A stretch of 64,000 nucleotides of DNA from Octopus vulgaris (lineage: Eukaryota). A program made the translations under genes and the position numbers. The notes beneath the pieces were generated by a model, which was not told where the DNA came from, searched no databases, and saw only the letters and a list, made by a program, of their open reading frames with translations. The DNA lies in the NCBI GenBank assembly GCA_951406725.2, contig OX597842.1:15376001-15440000 (forward strand), read 5' to 3'. Positions 51,500-64,000 of the stretch are shown here, one piece after another (the stretch's first letter is position 1; each line of letters starts with the position of its first letter).

Positions 51500-51526
51500 A
51501 CTCTTCCCATCGCCCAACTCTTATCC

Positions 51527-53230
51527 GATTTTTAATTACCCACAAGGGTCTGACATAGAGGGACAATACGCACATTTGGGGACAATTAACATATGAAAGA
51601 ACAGAAAAAAATGAAACTTTACAAATGAAGTTGGAACGTCTATCCCGACCGCGCTCCAGGATGGTCACGTTATTTCAATTACGTCATCTTTAAAATCAAT
51701 CAGCACTTAATACTTTATGTTACTTTTAATGTCCTCATACTTCACCACTGTAGCTCTGGGTTCGATACTCACCTCGGGTCCCAGTGGGTTTACATCTGAT
51801 GGGAATACATCTTTCAGCGTTCTATATTTTTCTTTCTCCATCAGGACACAATCTTTTTCATAACCTTCCGAAAGGATCACTCTAACAATCCCTTTCCTTT
51901 CTGTTATTCTCCTTTCCACATTTTGGGGTCGTACGATATGTTATTAAAAATAATGTGTTCCTGTGGACCTCTTCTGTCTGTATGTCTGTTCTTAATGTTT
52001 TTGTTACTCTGTGTTATCATGCGTCCGTCTATGTTTCTTTGTGTCTGTGTGTCTATGTGCTTATGTGTCTGTAAGTCTGTGTGTTTGTGTGATTGTAAGT
52101 CTGTACATTTGCTTGGTGATGTTGTTCTGCTTGTATCATTTTCCCGCGGTCATCCCACAGGCGTACTGCTTCTACTTGTTGTTGGTTGGCTCAATTTTTC
52201 CTCTACTTTATATTTCTTCTGTTCCATTTCAGGCGGTGAACTCTTCCTTTCTCTCTTCTTCAACTTGACCTCTACAAACTCCATGTTCTGTTCCACTTCC
52301 TGGACCTGACTCTCCACCTCCATCACGCTTTCTGGCATGTTTACCTCTGCTTTTTCCATCGTTATTCTGGGGCACACCATTTTCTAATATACCCCTCTTC
52401 ACCACACCCAAGGCACTTTGGAGGCCTCCCCTCCAACATTACATCCACTTTGTCTTCATTTAACAGCACCAATGACTCTGGTATTGCCTCGTATAGTTTC
52501 TGATCCGCCGCAAAAATTATCTCTGACTCGTGTCCCCATATTGTTGGGTCCGGGTTACAATAATTAAACTACTTCTTTGACTTCTTCCTCTTATGTGGTG
52601 AAAAGTGCTGCTAATATCCACTCTAACTCGATTCTCGGCGGGATCCTGCTCACCCTAATCCTAGTAGATCGTTTACCCTGGTAATTGTGCAGACGTGTCC
52701 ATTTTCCCCACGATACTATCCTTGTATCTTTTTGCCACTTCTTCGGAGACAAATGTGACCGCTACTGAACCATATCTTTTTCCTCGTGTAAAATAATAAA
52801 ATAAAACTTTATGTTTTCTTTCAGGTCCTTTAGGCATTCTTCCATCTCCTCCTTCGTTGCGTTCTCAAGTCTCTGATTTTTCTTTTGAAAACGTTTTGTA
52901 CTCTATTACTTTATTTTCTCTCCCCGCCTTGTCTTCCTCTGGTGGTGTCAACTTTACGTTTGACCTCTCTCTCTTTACCATATCTTAGTATTTCTGTAGC
53001 AATTTTACATCGCAACATATTTCATTTTGTTCTAGCATGCTTGGGACGACAAAAGCTTGACTCCTCGTTGCTGCCACGTAGCTCTTCCTTTTCGTTAGTC
53101 AGTACACCCACCAAACAATGATGGTGTTACACTCAAAGAACTGCTGCAAAGCAGCATAAAACAATCCTCAGCACAAAACAATCCTAAGCACACAGCAACT
53201 CTCACAAAAAGCACTCAAACAGCCCTCATC
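51527..53230 (-). mobile_element. Older, degraded ORF1-only Tx1/L1-like element
   Basis: GKRSTRIRVSRIP and GRPPKCLGCGEEGYIRKWC; related 3' tail atgtc..acccttgtgggtaattaaaaa. Confidence 0.75.
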
Positions 53231-53769
53231 ACCGGCTGACAGACACCACGCGTTCCATCACCAATTTGAATTGTCCACCTCACAGTAAAAACGTACAAAA
53301 GAACGCGTAACATGTTTTAAACCAGCCGCATGATCCATGAATTTTATTTCTCATTAGAATCCATTATAGATCCATTAGTGGTTGTCTACTGTAAAACTGG
53401 AGTACAGTATTTCGATATCGATCAGTAGAATTATATTTATCGGAATATTTCTTCCATTTTATACTCTCCTTCATAACAACAATATATGCAACGATTTTTG
53501 CAAAGTTTTTATACATTCCTTTCCCTGAATCTTGCCATAAAGAGTTTTGATGTAATAAACTAACATAATCAAAGTTCGGATATTGTAAATTAAAGATTCC
53601 ATGAGTCAGAATACACAGAAATAATTTACTTGACTTAACGGCAGTTAACATATTTGCCCTTTTTACTCCAACATAACATTATATTTTTAAGCTGAGGTAT
53701 TTAGAACATAACCAACGATAATTTAAAATATCAAATGCGGAAAATATATAGAAATGGTCTAATACTTAC

Positions 53770-53951
53770 AAATTTTCAACATTTGGTGGAATGGGTTGCG
53801 GGATCGAAGTCAGTTGCCGAGATGAACAATCTATTCTTGTCTTAGAATTTTCACATTTGCATATGCTGCAAATGTCTGACGCCGCATGAGACTCCAAACA
53901 GAAACTCATAGAGAGTATCAACACAAACGTCAATTTCAATTGTTGGAACAT
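53770..53951 (-). CDS. First coding exon of an LRR protein: signal peptide plus cysteine-rich LRR N-terminal cap (LRRNT)
   Basis: MFQQLKLTFVLILSMSFCLESHA (signal-like) then SDICSICKCENSKTRIDCSSRQLTSIPQPIPPNVENL (CxxCxC...C...LTSIP..IP LRRNT). Acceptor ttttcttcttttacag lies 20 nt upstream of the ATG (exon 53770-53971). Donor TT|GTAAGTA is phase 2. Confidence 0.93.
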
Positions 53952-55279
53952 ATTTCGAGGCGTTGATTTATCTGTAAAAGAAGAAAATACAAATTACCAG
54001 AAACTTCAATGTCAGTTCTTTCCCATTGCAAATCCTTCGTAGGACAAGATTTGGCCCCTGTTCCATGAGATGACTTTATCTTTGATTGCACTTTCAGTTT
54101 GATATTTAAACTTACGGAACTGAATTCAATTATAATTCAAAGTGGTGAACATAATAGATTATAACTTTAATAAGTGATAATGTCGAAGATAAACAGAACA
54201 TCAAGCGCCCTTACATACACACGCATACACACACAGACACAGACACACACACACAGACACACACACACTTATACACATGTGTGTGTGTGTAATGTTCTTC
54301 CTATGTTGTTCTCCTTTCCTTCAACATTTCCGCTCCCGTCAGACTCCATGGAGATATTGTGGGAAGTTGCTGCAACTGACCAACTCTCTATAAACAGCCT
54401 TCCACTCAGCTTTCTACCCTCAATTGAAGAAACTGAAGCGACATCTGTTGATAACACCACAACAGCATCTACAACAACGCCATCAACAGCTGAGGACCCC
54501 TACACCTGAACATTGGCAGCGGGAATATTTGCTCCCTGATTCCACGGAAGAGCAAGCTCTTCCCAAATTTCCTGCTTCCCAAACCAACAACAACAACAAT
54601 CTAAATTCTTCTTTCGATCAAACCTCTTCATATTGCACAGACTCGTTGATTGTAGTGTCTGTGGTGGTGGTCATCTTTGTCGTCGTCTTGGTGGTGCTGG
54701 GCGTGAATATCAACGGGGGTAGGGCCTTCAGAATTGCCACGGTTTACACATTGACAGGAGCTGGAAACACAGATTTCTTCAATCTCGCATTTTATTACTT
54801 GTAAGAGACTAGATTAGAATTTGACGGATGGAAGAACTGTGTAGGGCTAGTAGTACATTATGAGAGGAATGTGAACCCTCGAAAATCTGCTTAAAATCTT
54901 CCAGCTTTCTGCAGGATTACCCTCTGTATGGCGGCTTAGGAATGCTCTGGGTGTTGATGCTCAGACACGCGGTGAGATTGCGACAACTGCAACGATTTCT
55001 TGACGGTGAACGTGTGTGGACTCAGTGAAGCACTTCTCCTTGACTAGGCTGCAGTCCTGGGGGAAGCGAAGCCTGAAATCCTCTGCCTGGTGCCTAGAAT
55101 GTCAGACGAGCACGCATTTATTGAGTATTCGAGCATGATATTGAAGGAAGGGCCAGTAACTGCTGGCATCACTGTACGGAATGAGTGGGGGATATTCCAC
55201 TGTGACCGACACATGAGAAAACCATTTTAGTGTTGACGGATGCGTCAAAGGATAATTCGGTTTCAAACAATGGACCAAT

Positions 55280-56200
55280 AACACATTTACCAATCATGTG
55301 GTAACTGGTGACAGAATTAATAACTGAAGAATTGTAGACATTTTTAGATTATGAAAGATTTTTATCAGACGAGAAGAAAAGTTGTAAACACAGGTCAAGT
55401 GGGACAAAAGATTAGGTGTTAATAGACAAGATAATATTAAGGAATTGCAGAAGAAGGTTAAGGGGACTAAGAGTGGCCTGCCTAGATTACAAAAAGACCT
55501 ATGACATGATCCCTTCCAATTGGATAAGGAAATATATGTGGTCATTTTGAGTGGTAGAAAGTGTACAAAGACTGCTAAAATGAGTTACCGTCTGTAGGAA
55601 GGTCATTGGATACAGTGAACATCAGAGGAGGAATATTTCAGGGAGATAATCTATCACCACACTTCTTTGTGTAAATACTAATACCTCTGTCGATGGTTTT
55701 GAGAAGTGGTAAAGCTGGATAAAATTTGGGAAATGGGGTGGAAGTGATTAACGGCCTACAATACATGGACGATTTATAGGAAAAATCAAGATGAAATTAG
55801 CTCATTTGTGAACACAGTAAGTATTTTCAGTTGTGATATACGCAGGGAATTTATCATGAATAAACGTATTACTTGGTATTGAAGAGAAGGAAGATAAAGC
55901 AGAGTGAAAGACTAGAAATCAAATAATCCACCAAAAGTTTGTCGAATTAGGGAATCAGATACCAACAAAAACATAGAAATGAAGGAAACCATTTTGAGGG
56001 AGCATTTCAGAAGGATCAAGTTGATACTGAAATTTAAGTTGAATTCTAGAAACATTGTAAAATTAAACAAGTAAAGTAAAAGTTATATGGAAAAACATTT
56101 GCACATTCAGTTTATAAAGAACAGAGGCAGAAGACACTTGAAATTGGTTGAAAAGGAGATTTTTCAATAAAGAGACAGAAGGATTAATAATGGCAGCTCA
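55280..56200 (+). mobile_element. Degraded R4/Dong-clade RT fragment
   Basis: ACLDYKKTYDMIP, RGIFQGDNLSP, YMDDL and KETEGLIMAA motifs. Confidence 0.8.
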
Positions 56201-56202
56201 TG

Positions 56203-56234
<32 letters not shown>

Positions 56235-56326
56235 GATGATGGTGGTGATGATGATGATGATGATGATGATGATGTTGATAATGATAATAATAATAATAAT
56301 AAGTGGGGGAGCATCACAGCCATTTC

Positions 56327-56625
56327 TTGAGAGGGATTCTTTGGGGTTTGAATAATTCACCTCTGGAAACACGGGTGGTTCTTTCAACATCCTTAAACAA
56401 CCCTTATTCAGGGACCTTTTGAGCGGGATGGGCTACTCAACCTGAAGAAAATTCTAACTGGGACCCACCTGCAAGAGATCACCATGAAATCACCATGTTG
56501 CGCACATATGGTTGTGATGCATGTGCCCGGTGTACCCTTATCAGACGGGTAGTCATGATGGGTATATTGGGCTTCGTATATTTTACCCCAGTGTCACTTT
56601 GATGGCATGAACTGCTCTCTCACTC

Positions 56626-56627
<2 letters not shown>
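56327..56627 (+). repeat. Interspersed repeat (probable LINE 3' UTR) ending in (AAT)n
   Basis: GC-balanced 300-bp island between two (AAT)n tracts; family not identified. Confidence 0.45.
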
Positions 56628-56681
<54 letters not shown>

Positions 56682-56683
56682 CA

Positions 56684-57736
56684 ACAAATATAAACAAGAA
56701 ACCGTACTACCTAATAAATATGAAGAAGAAGAAGAAGAAGAAGAAGAAGAAGAAGAAGAAGAAGAAGAAGAAGAAGAAGAAGAAGAAGAAGAAGAAAAAT
56801 AATAAGAAGAAAACAACAAAAGCTATAAATGAAATCGAAACTAAAACTAGAACAGCAACGGACCATGATAATACGATGGCAAGAAAAGCCCCTTCATGGC
56901 AAATACTGGACCAAACTAAATGCAAAAGAAATAGACAAAGAAAAACCCCAGCAATGGTTGAGAAGTTCAGGACTCAAAGCAGAGACGGAGGGATTTTTAA
57001 ATGCAGCACAAGAGCATAGCCTCCCCACCAGAAATTACCAAAAACTTATAATGAAAAGAAATATAACAAGTAACTGCAGAATATGTGGAGATGGACAAGA
57101 AACAATAAATCATATTATCTCTGGCTGCTCAGTCCTGGCTAAGAAGTAATATTTTCACAGACATGACAGAGTTGGAACCTACATACACTGGAAGATATGC
57201 CAACATTATGGAATAACAACAGAAAAAAGATGGTATAGGCACACACCAGAAAAGGTGACAGAAAACGCGAAAGTAACCATATTCTGGGATATGCTAATAC
57301 ACACATATATAGAAATTAAGGCCAACAGACCATATACAGTTGTCAGAGATCATGAAAAAAAAATGCTTTCTAATTGATGTATCAATACTAGCAGATGACA
57401 ACGTGTCTCTAAAAGAAATGGAGAAACTTTCAAAATAAAAAGACCTGGAAATAGAGGTAACTAGCACGTGGAATCTAAAAACAGAAACAATTCTTATCAT
57501 AGTAGGTGCATTAGGCATGATAAAAAAATATTCAGACAAATACATAATAAAAACACCAGGACTTACAAACACATATAACATACAGAAAATTGCATTACTA
57601 GGCACTGCACACATCCTACACAGAACACTTTCAATACAGTAACCATCAGAGCACCACAACAAATCACAACACATACTCAAGGCACACAGAGCTGCGCTCG
57701 GTAGTGAAGTGAAAGCCCGCTATAAAAATAAAACTA

Positions 57737-57740
<4 letters not shown>
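56684..57740 (+). mobile_element. 5'-truncated R4/Dong-clade element (CCHC + restriction-like endonuclease) in (TAA)n
   Basis: WQEKPLHGKY, CRICGDGQETINHIISGC, RLE region; 3' end taaaactactga followed by (ATA)n. Confidence 0.9.
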
Positions 57741-57793
<53 letters not shown>

Positions 57794-57814
57794 CATAGTA
57801 ATATTAGTAGTAGT

Positions 57815-57881
<67 letters not shown>

Positions 57882-57934
57882 ATATTGAGAAGAAGACGAA
57901 GAAGGAGAAAAAGAAGACGAAGAAGAAAAATCGT

Positions 57935-58122
57935 TTTACTATAGGCACAAGTTCTGTAATGTGGGAGGGGGACCAATCGATTAGATCTAGCCCAGTACAC
58001 AACTGGTATTTAATTTATCGACCCCGAAAGCCCGGTAAGACGAAAGGCAAAGTCGACCTCGGCGGAATTTGAACTCAGAAGACAATGACGGACAAATACC
58101 CAGCGTGTTAACGATTCTAGCA
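57935..58122 (-). mobile_element. Octopod SINE (Nin/Deu-domain-like)
   Basis: aaggcaaagtcgacctcggcggaatttgaactcag and tttatcgaccccgaaag. Confidence 0.78.
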
Positions 58123-58140
58123 GAATTATTATTATTATTA

Positions 58141-58206
<66 letters not shown>

Positions 58207-58208
<2 letters not shown>

Positions 58209-60120
58209 TTTGCACAACTTCTAACGCTGGGGATGTACTACGTTGTCAGCTGTTCACTCCCAGTGAACTAATGTACCACCTCTTCCAGAGTATTCGAGCG
58301 GTTCCCAGCAGTGTTGTTTTCTGCAAGTGCTCCACCCTTATTGCATCCCCTATTTATTCCATGTACTTCTCGAGGTTTTTGCTCACTGTTCCTAGGGCTC
58401 TGACAATTATTGGTACGACTGCTAATTTTTTCATCGACCATAACTGCTTAACTTCCCGAGCTGCCTTGTCATATCTATCGAATTTTCTCTCTTCTTTATC
58501 GCATACCTTGCTGTCAACTGGACATGCTATAACTATGATCCAGCATAGTTTGTTTTCTTTCTCAATTAAGACTATGTCTGGCTTCCTATTCTATATCTCA
58601 TCGTCGCACTGAATCATGAAAATCCATAGGATCTTTGCAGCTTTATTTTCGATGATGCCTTCGGGTTTGTAGTCGTATCAGTTTTTTGCTTTAAGTTCCT
58701 ACTTGTTGCAAATTGTCCAGTTGACAAGTCTGGCTATATTGTCGTGGTGTCTGTTATATTCCTTCTGGGCTAGTGGCGTACATTGGATGGTAATATGCCA
58801 TACACTTTCACCATTATGTCAACAGTCATCTTTTTTCTCTGTCTGTCTCATCTTTAACATCCCTATGAAATTGACCATGCATTCTTTTCTTTACCCACCT
58901 ATTTTCCGTTTCCTTCCTTTTCCTTTCCTTGTACAGTGTTTTATCTTTGCCATCTTTCATCCTACACATGCCTGACCTTCTTACGTCAAATAATAGCGGT
59001 TCTGTGACATTTTAACATACCATGCTATGTTTTTCTTCTGCTCTAATGCTGTGTTCGCATCCAATAAGTCCTTTTCCCCCATTTTTCCTTGTTACACGCA
59101 GTCTGTTTCTGTCAATTTTGGGTGGAGTGTTCCATATCTAGTGAGCAAATTCCTTATCTTGTCTAAGTTATTTAGCTCTTCTACTGTCCATCCGATCACC
59201 CTGCTCCATATCAAAGCAGTGAAACGGCCCGAGTGTTGATAGCTTCAATCTTATTCCGTATGTTTAATTTCGACTTAAGGATCAGTCTCAGTCTGTGCAC
59301 ATACTCCACTTTAAATGTTTGTGTGATTTTCTTCTCCATCAATTTATTCATTTCCAAAATATCCAAGTAATTATAGCTAGTATCTTCTATCTCCTTCATA
59401 ATCGTCCTTGACGGTATCGTTAGTCCGTCCATACATTTAAATTTGCCTGTCTTCAAGACTAACGCCTCACACTTTCTCAGTCCGAACTTCATTCTTATAT
59501 CAGCACTGAAAGTATACACCGTATCAACGAGGGAACTGACCTGGGCTTCATCTTTACCATAAAGTTTGACGCCATCAATAAATAACTCTTTGTTGGCGGC
59601 TTTTGAATACATAATCTGCTTTTGCTTTCCTCAGAATCAGTGTTAATGGTATCAATCACAGAACAAAGATCAGTGGGGACAGGCAGTCCCCTTGGAAGTT
59701 ACCCCTCCTAATTTCTACTGTCCCTAAACCTCTTCTGTATGCTGTCAGGTCCGTCCTCCAATTCGCCATACTTTTCCCAAGCAGTTGCTCAACATTTGAT
59801 GCAATACCAAGTAGGTCCATACATTCCATAATCCAAGAATGTGGGATCATACCGTACGTCTCACGATAGTCGATCCATGACATGGATAACTTAGTTTTCC
59901 TTCTCTTGCAGTCTCTAAGTACAGTTTTGCCTATCAGGATTTGATCCTTGGTACATCTGCACTTACGCTTGCAACGCTTCTGTTCATGTGACAGGACTCC
60001 ATTTTTTCCAGATGTTCATACATTGACTCTGCGAGTATTCCAGTCAATAACTTCCAGGTAAGTTGCAAACAGGATATCGGCCTCTAATTGTCTTTTTTCG
60101 ATGATTTTCAAGCATGGAAA
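58207..60120 (-). mobile_element. Second R4/Dong-clade family, degraded
   Basis: [30 protein letters not shown] and KFGLRKC motifs; 3' end abuts (TTA)n. Confidence 0.85.
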
Positions 60121-60147
60121 AGTCCTACCCAATGTCAACCTCACTTG

Positions 60148-62793
<2,646 letters not shown>

Positions 62794-62794
62794 T

Positions 62795-62884
<90 letters not shown>

Positions 62885-62886
<2 letters not shown>

Positions 62887-63080
62887 GTCGGCGATCTGGC
62901 ATGATCCTTAGCACACCGGGCGAAATGCTTAGCGGTATTTCATCTGCTGTTACATCCGAAGATTAAATTCCGCCGGGATCGACTTTGCCTTTCATCCTTT
63001 CAGGGTCGATAAACTAATAACTTAAGTACGAGTTACGCATTAGGGTCGATGTAATCGAGTTGACCCCTTCCTCCCAAATA
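62885..63080 (+). mobile_element. Octopod tRNA-derived SINE (Nin/Deu-domain-like)
   Basis: ccgggcgaaatgcttagcggtatttc...gactttgcctttcatcctttc.gggtcgataaa. Confidence 0.78.
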
Positions 63081-63262
63081 TGAAAATATGAGATTTGTGT
63101 TTCACGTACAAAGGATTACTGTTATTATTGTTTATGCATTAATGAGGGTTGGGATTTAAGTTTTGTTTTGTATTTTTATTTGTGTTTTACCCCTACCCTC
63201 TGTTACACTCGATTCCCACTAATTCTCCACAAACTCACCCTTCACAACTAGGGATCCAACTC

Positions 63263-63880
63263 CTAAGCATGTAAGACCGAAAAGCGGGGGTATCTTTGAG
63301 GATGGAAATTTGATACAGAAATTGGAATTTGACCACCAGGCAGATGCCGCTTTACATTTTGGTGACTCAGCTTCTGAAGGCGGGAACGAGCAAACATGTG
63401 GCGATGACCTACCCTGTCGAATGCTTTGGGTTGATTCAAATTGACCAGAGCCCTTCCCAAAATCAGATCTATTCAAGGTTCCCTTCCATGATGTTTGCCA
63501 TATGGAAGTTTAATTCCGAAGGCAGATTATCCAATCCTGGTGATTTAATCCCCTCACAGCAGATCAGTATTTCTGCCACTTCATCTGCTGAAATTAGTTT
63601 TGAACAACACTCAGTCTCCCAGTCCGATTGTTGTGGCAAATCATGGAAGTAGGCCTTAAAGCCCACTGTCTCAAGTATATCGCTCCTCGAAAACAGTTTG
63701 ACGAAATGCTACGGAAACATAGCGCTCAGTTACTCGGAATCGGAGAGCACAAGACCGCTGCGTTCTGCTACTGACATAATTCTTGCAGTAATGGTAAACT
63801 GTGCCTCCACCACACGGGCCCAACCGACAATATTTGAGTTTGCATGTTCCAGAGAATGCATTATCTCCTATGTGTCTCTT
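63263..63880 (-). mobile_element. Tx1/L1-like RT fragment
   Basis: KSPGLDNLPSE and ALVNLNQPKAFDRVGH motifs. Confidence 0.75.
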
Positions 63881-63909
63881 CTAAACTATTTAGTTTATTT
63901 TCTATCCTT

Positions 63910-64000
63910 TTATTCTTCTATTTGGTTCAGTCAATTGACTGCCACCATGCTGGAGCATCGCTTTCAGTCGAACAAATTGACCACAGGCCTTAGTCTTTGT
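63910..64000 (-). mobile_element. Octopod SINE 3' fragment
   Basis: tcagtcaattgactgccaccatgctggagcatcgc...gtcgaacaaattgacc. Confidence 0.6.

Noticed and set aside
3912-53951. Assigning a gene symbol (Slit, Toll, LGR/GRL101, LRRC15)
   Set aside because: Only LRRNT and typical LRRs are visible; the diagnostic C-terminal domains lie outside the window.
54174-54804. Plus-strand ORFs with Thr-rich and hydrophobic segments resembling a mucin/TM exon
   Set aside because: They have no coherent splice sites and lie next to a LINE endonuclease-like fragment (FLTVNVCGL, ~54995). Likely a degraded retroelement ORF1 region.

Overview
This is eukaryotic, AT-rich, microsatellite- and transposon-dense DNA. 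The SINE families and repeat content point to an octopod cephalopod (Octopus-like; inference). One host gene spans almost the whole window on the minus strand and encodes a secreted or membrane leucine-rich-repeat (LRR) protein. A signal-peptide/LRRNT exon (53770-53971) is followed by 72-nt phase-2/phase-2 exons, each encoding exactly one 24-aa LRR. Seven are intact (43249, 27433, 23016, 21904, 16384, 15033, 3912), three are decayed (12132, 9093, 6909) and one cassette has lost its exon (~6010). The gene probably continues past the left edge, so its C-terminal domains are not visible. The exons sit in duplicated exon-plus-intron cassettes. Among the three youngest copies, the pair counted by hand differs about five times more in the exon than in the flanking intron, with changes concentrated at the exposed xxLxLxxN beta-strand positions. 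This is the signature expected of a diversifying, exon-shuffled recognition receptor and is the main candidate system. The introns hold mariner and hAT DNA transposons, an internally deleted short-LTR Ty3/Gypsy element, Penelope-like elements with hammerhead ribozyme motifs, tandem arrays of Tx1/L1-like elements (including ORF1-only copies), SINEs, a segmental duplication and two unidentified coding-like relics. A cluster of R4/Dong elements in (TAA)n lies upstream of the first coding exon. Most ORFs in the supplied track are microsatellite artefacts.
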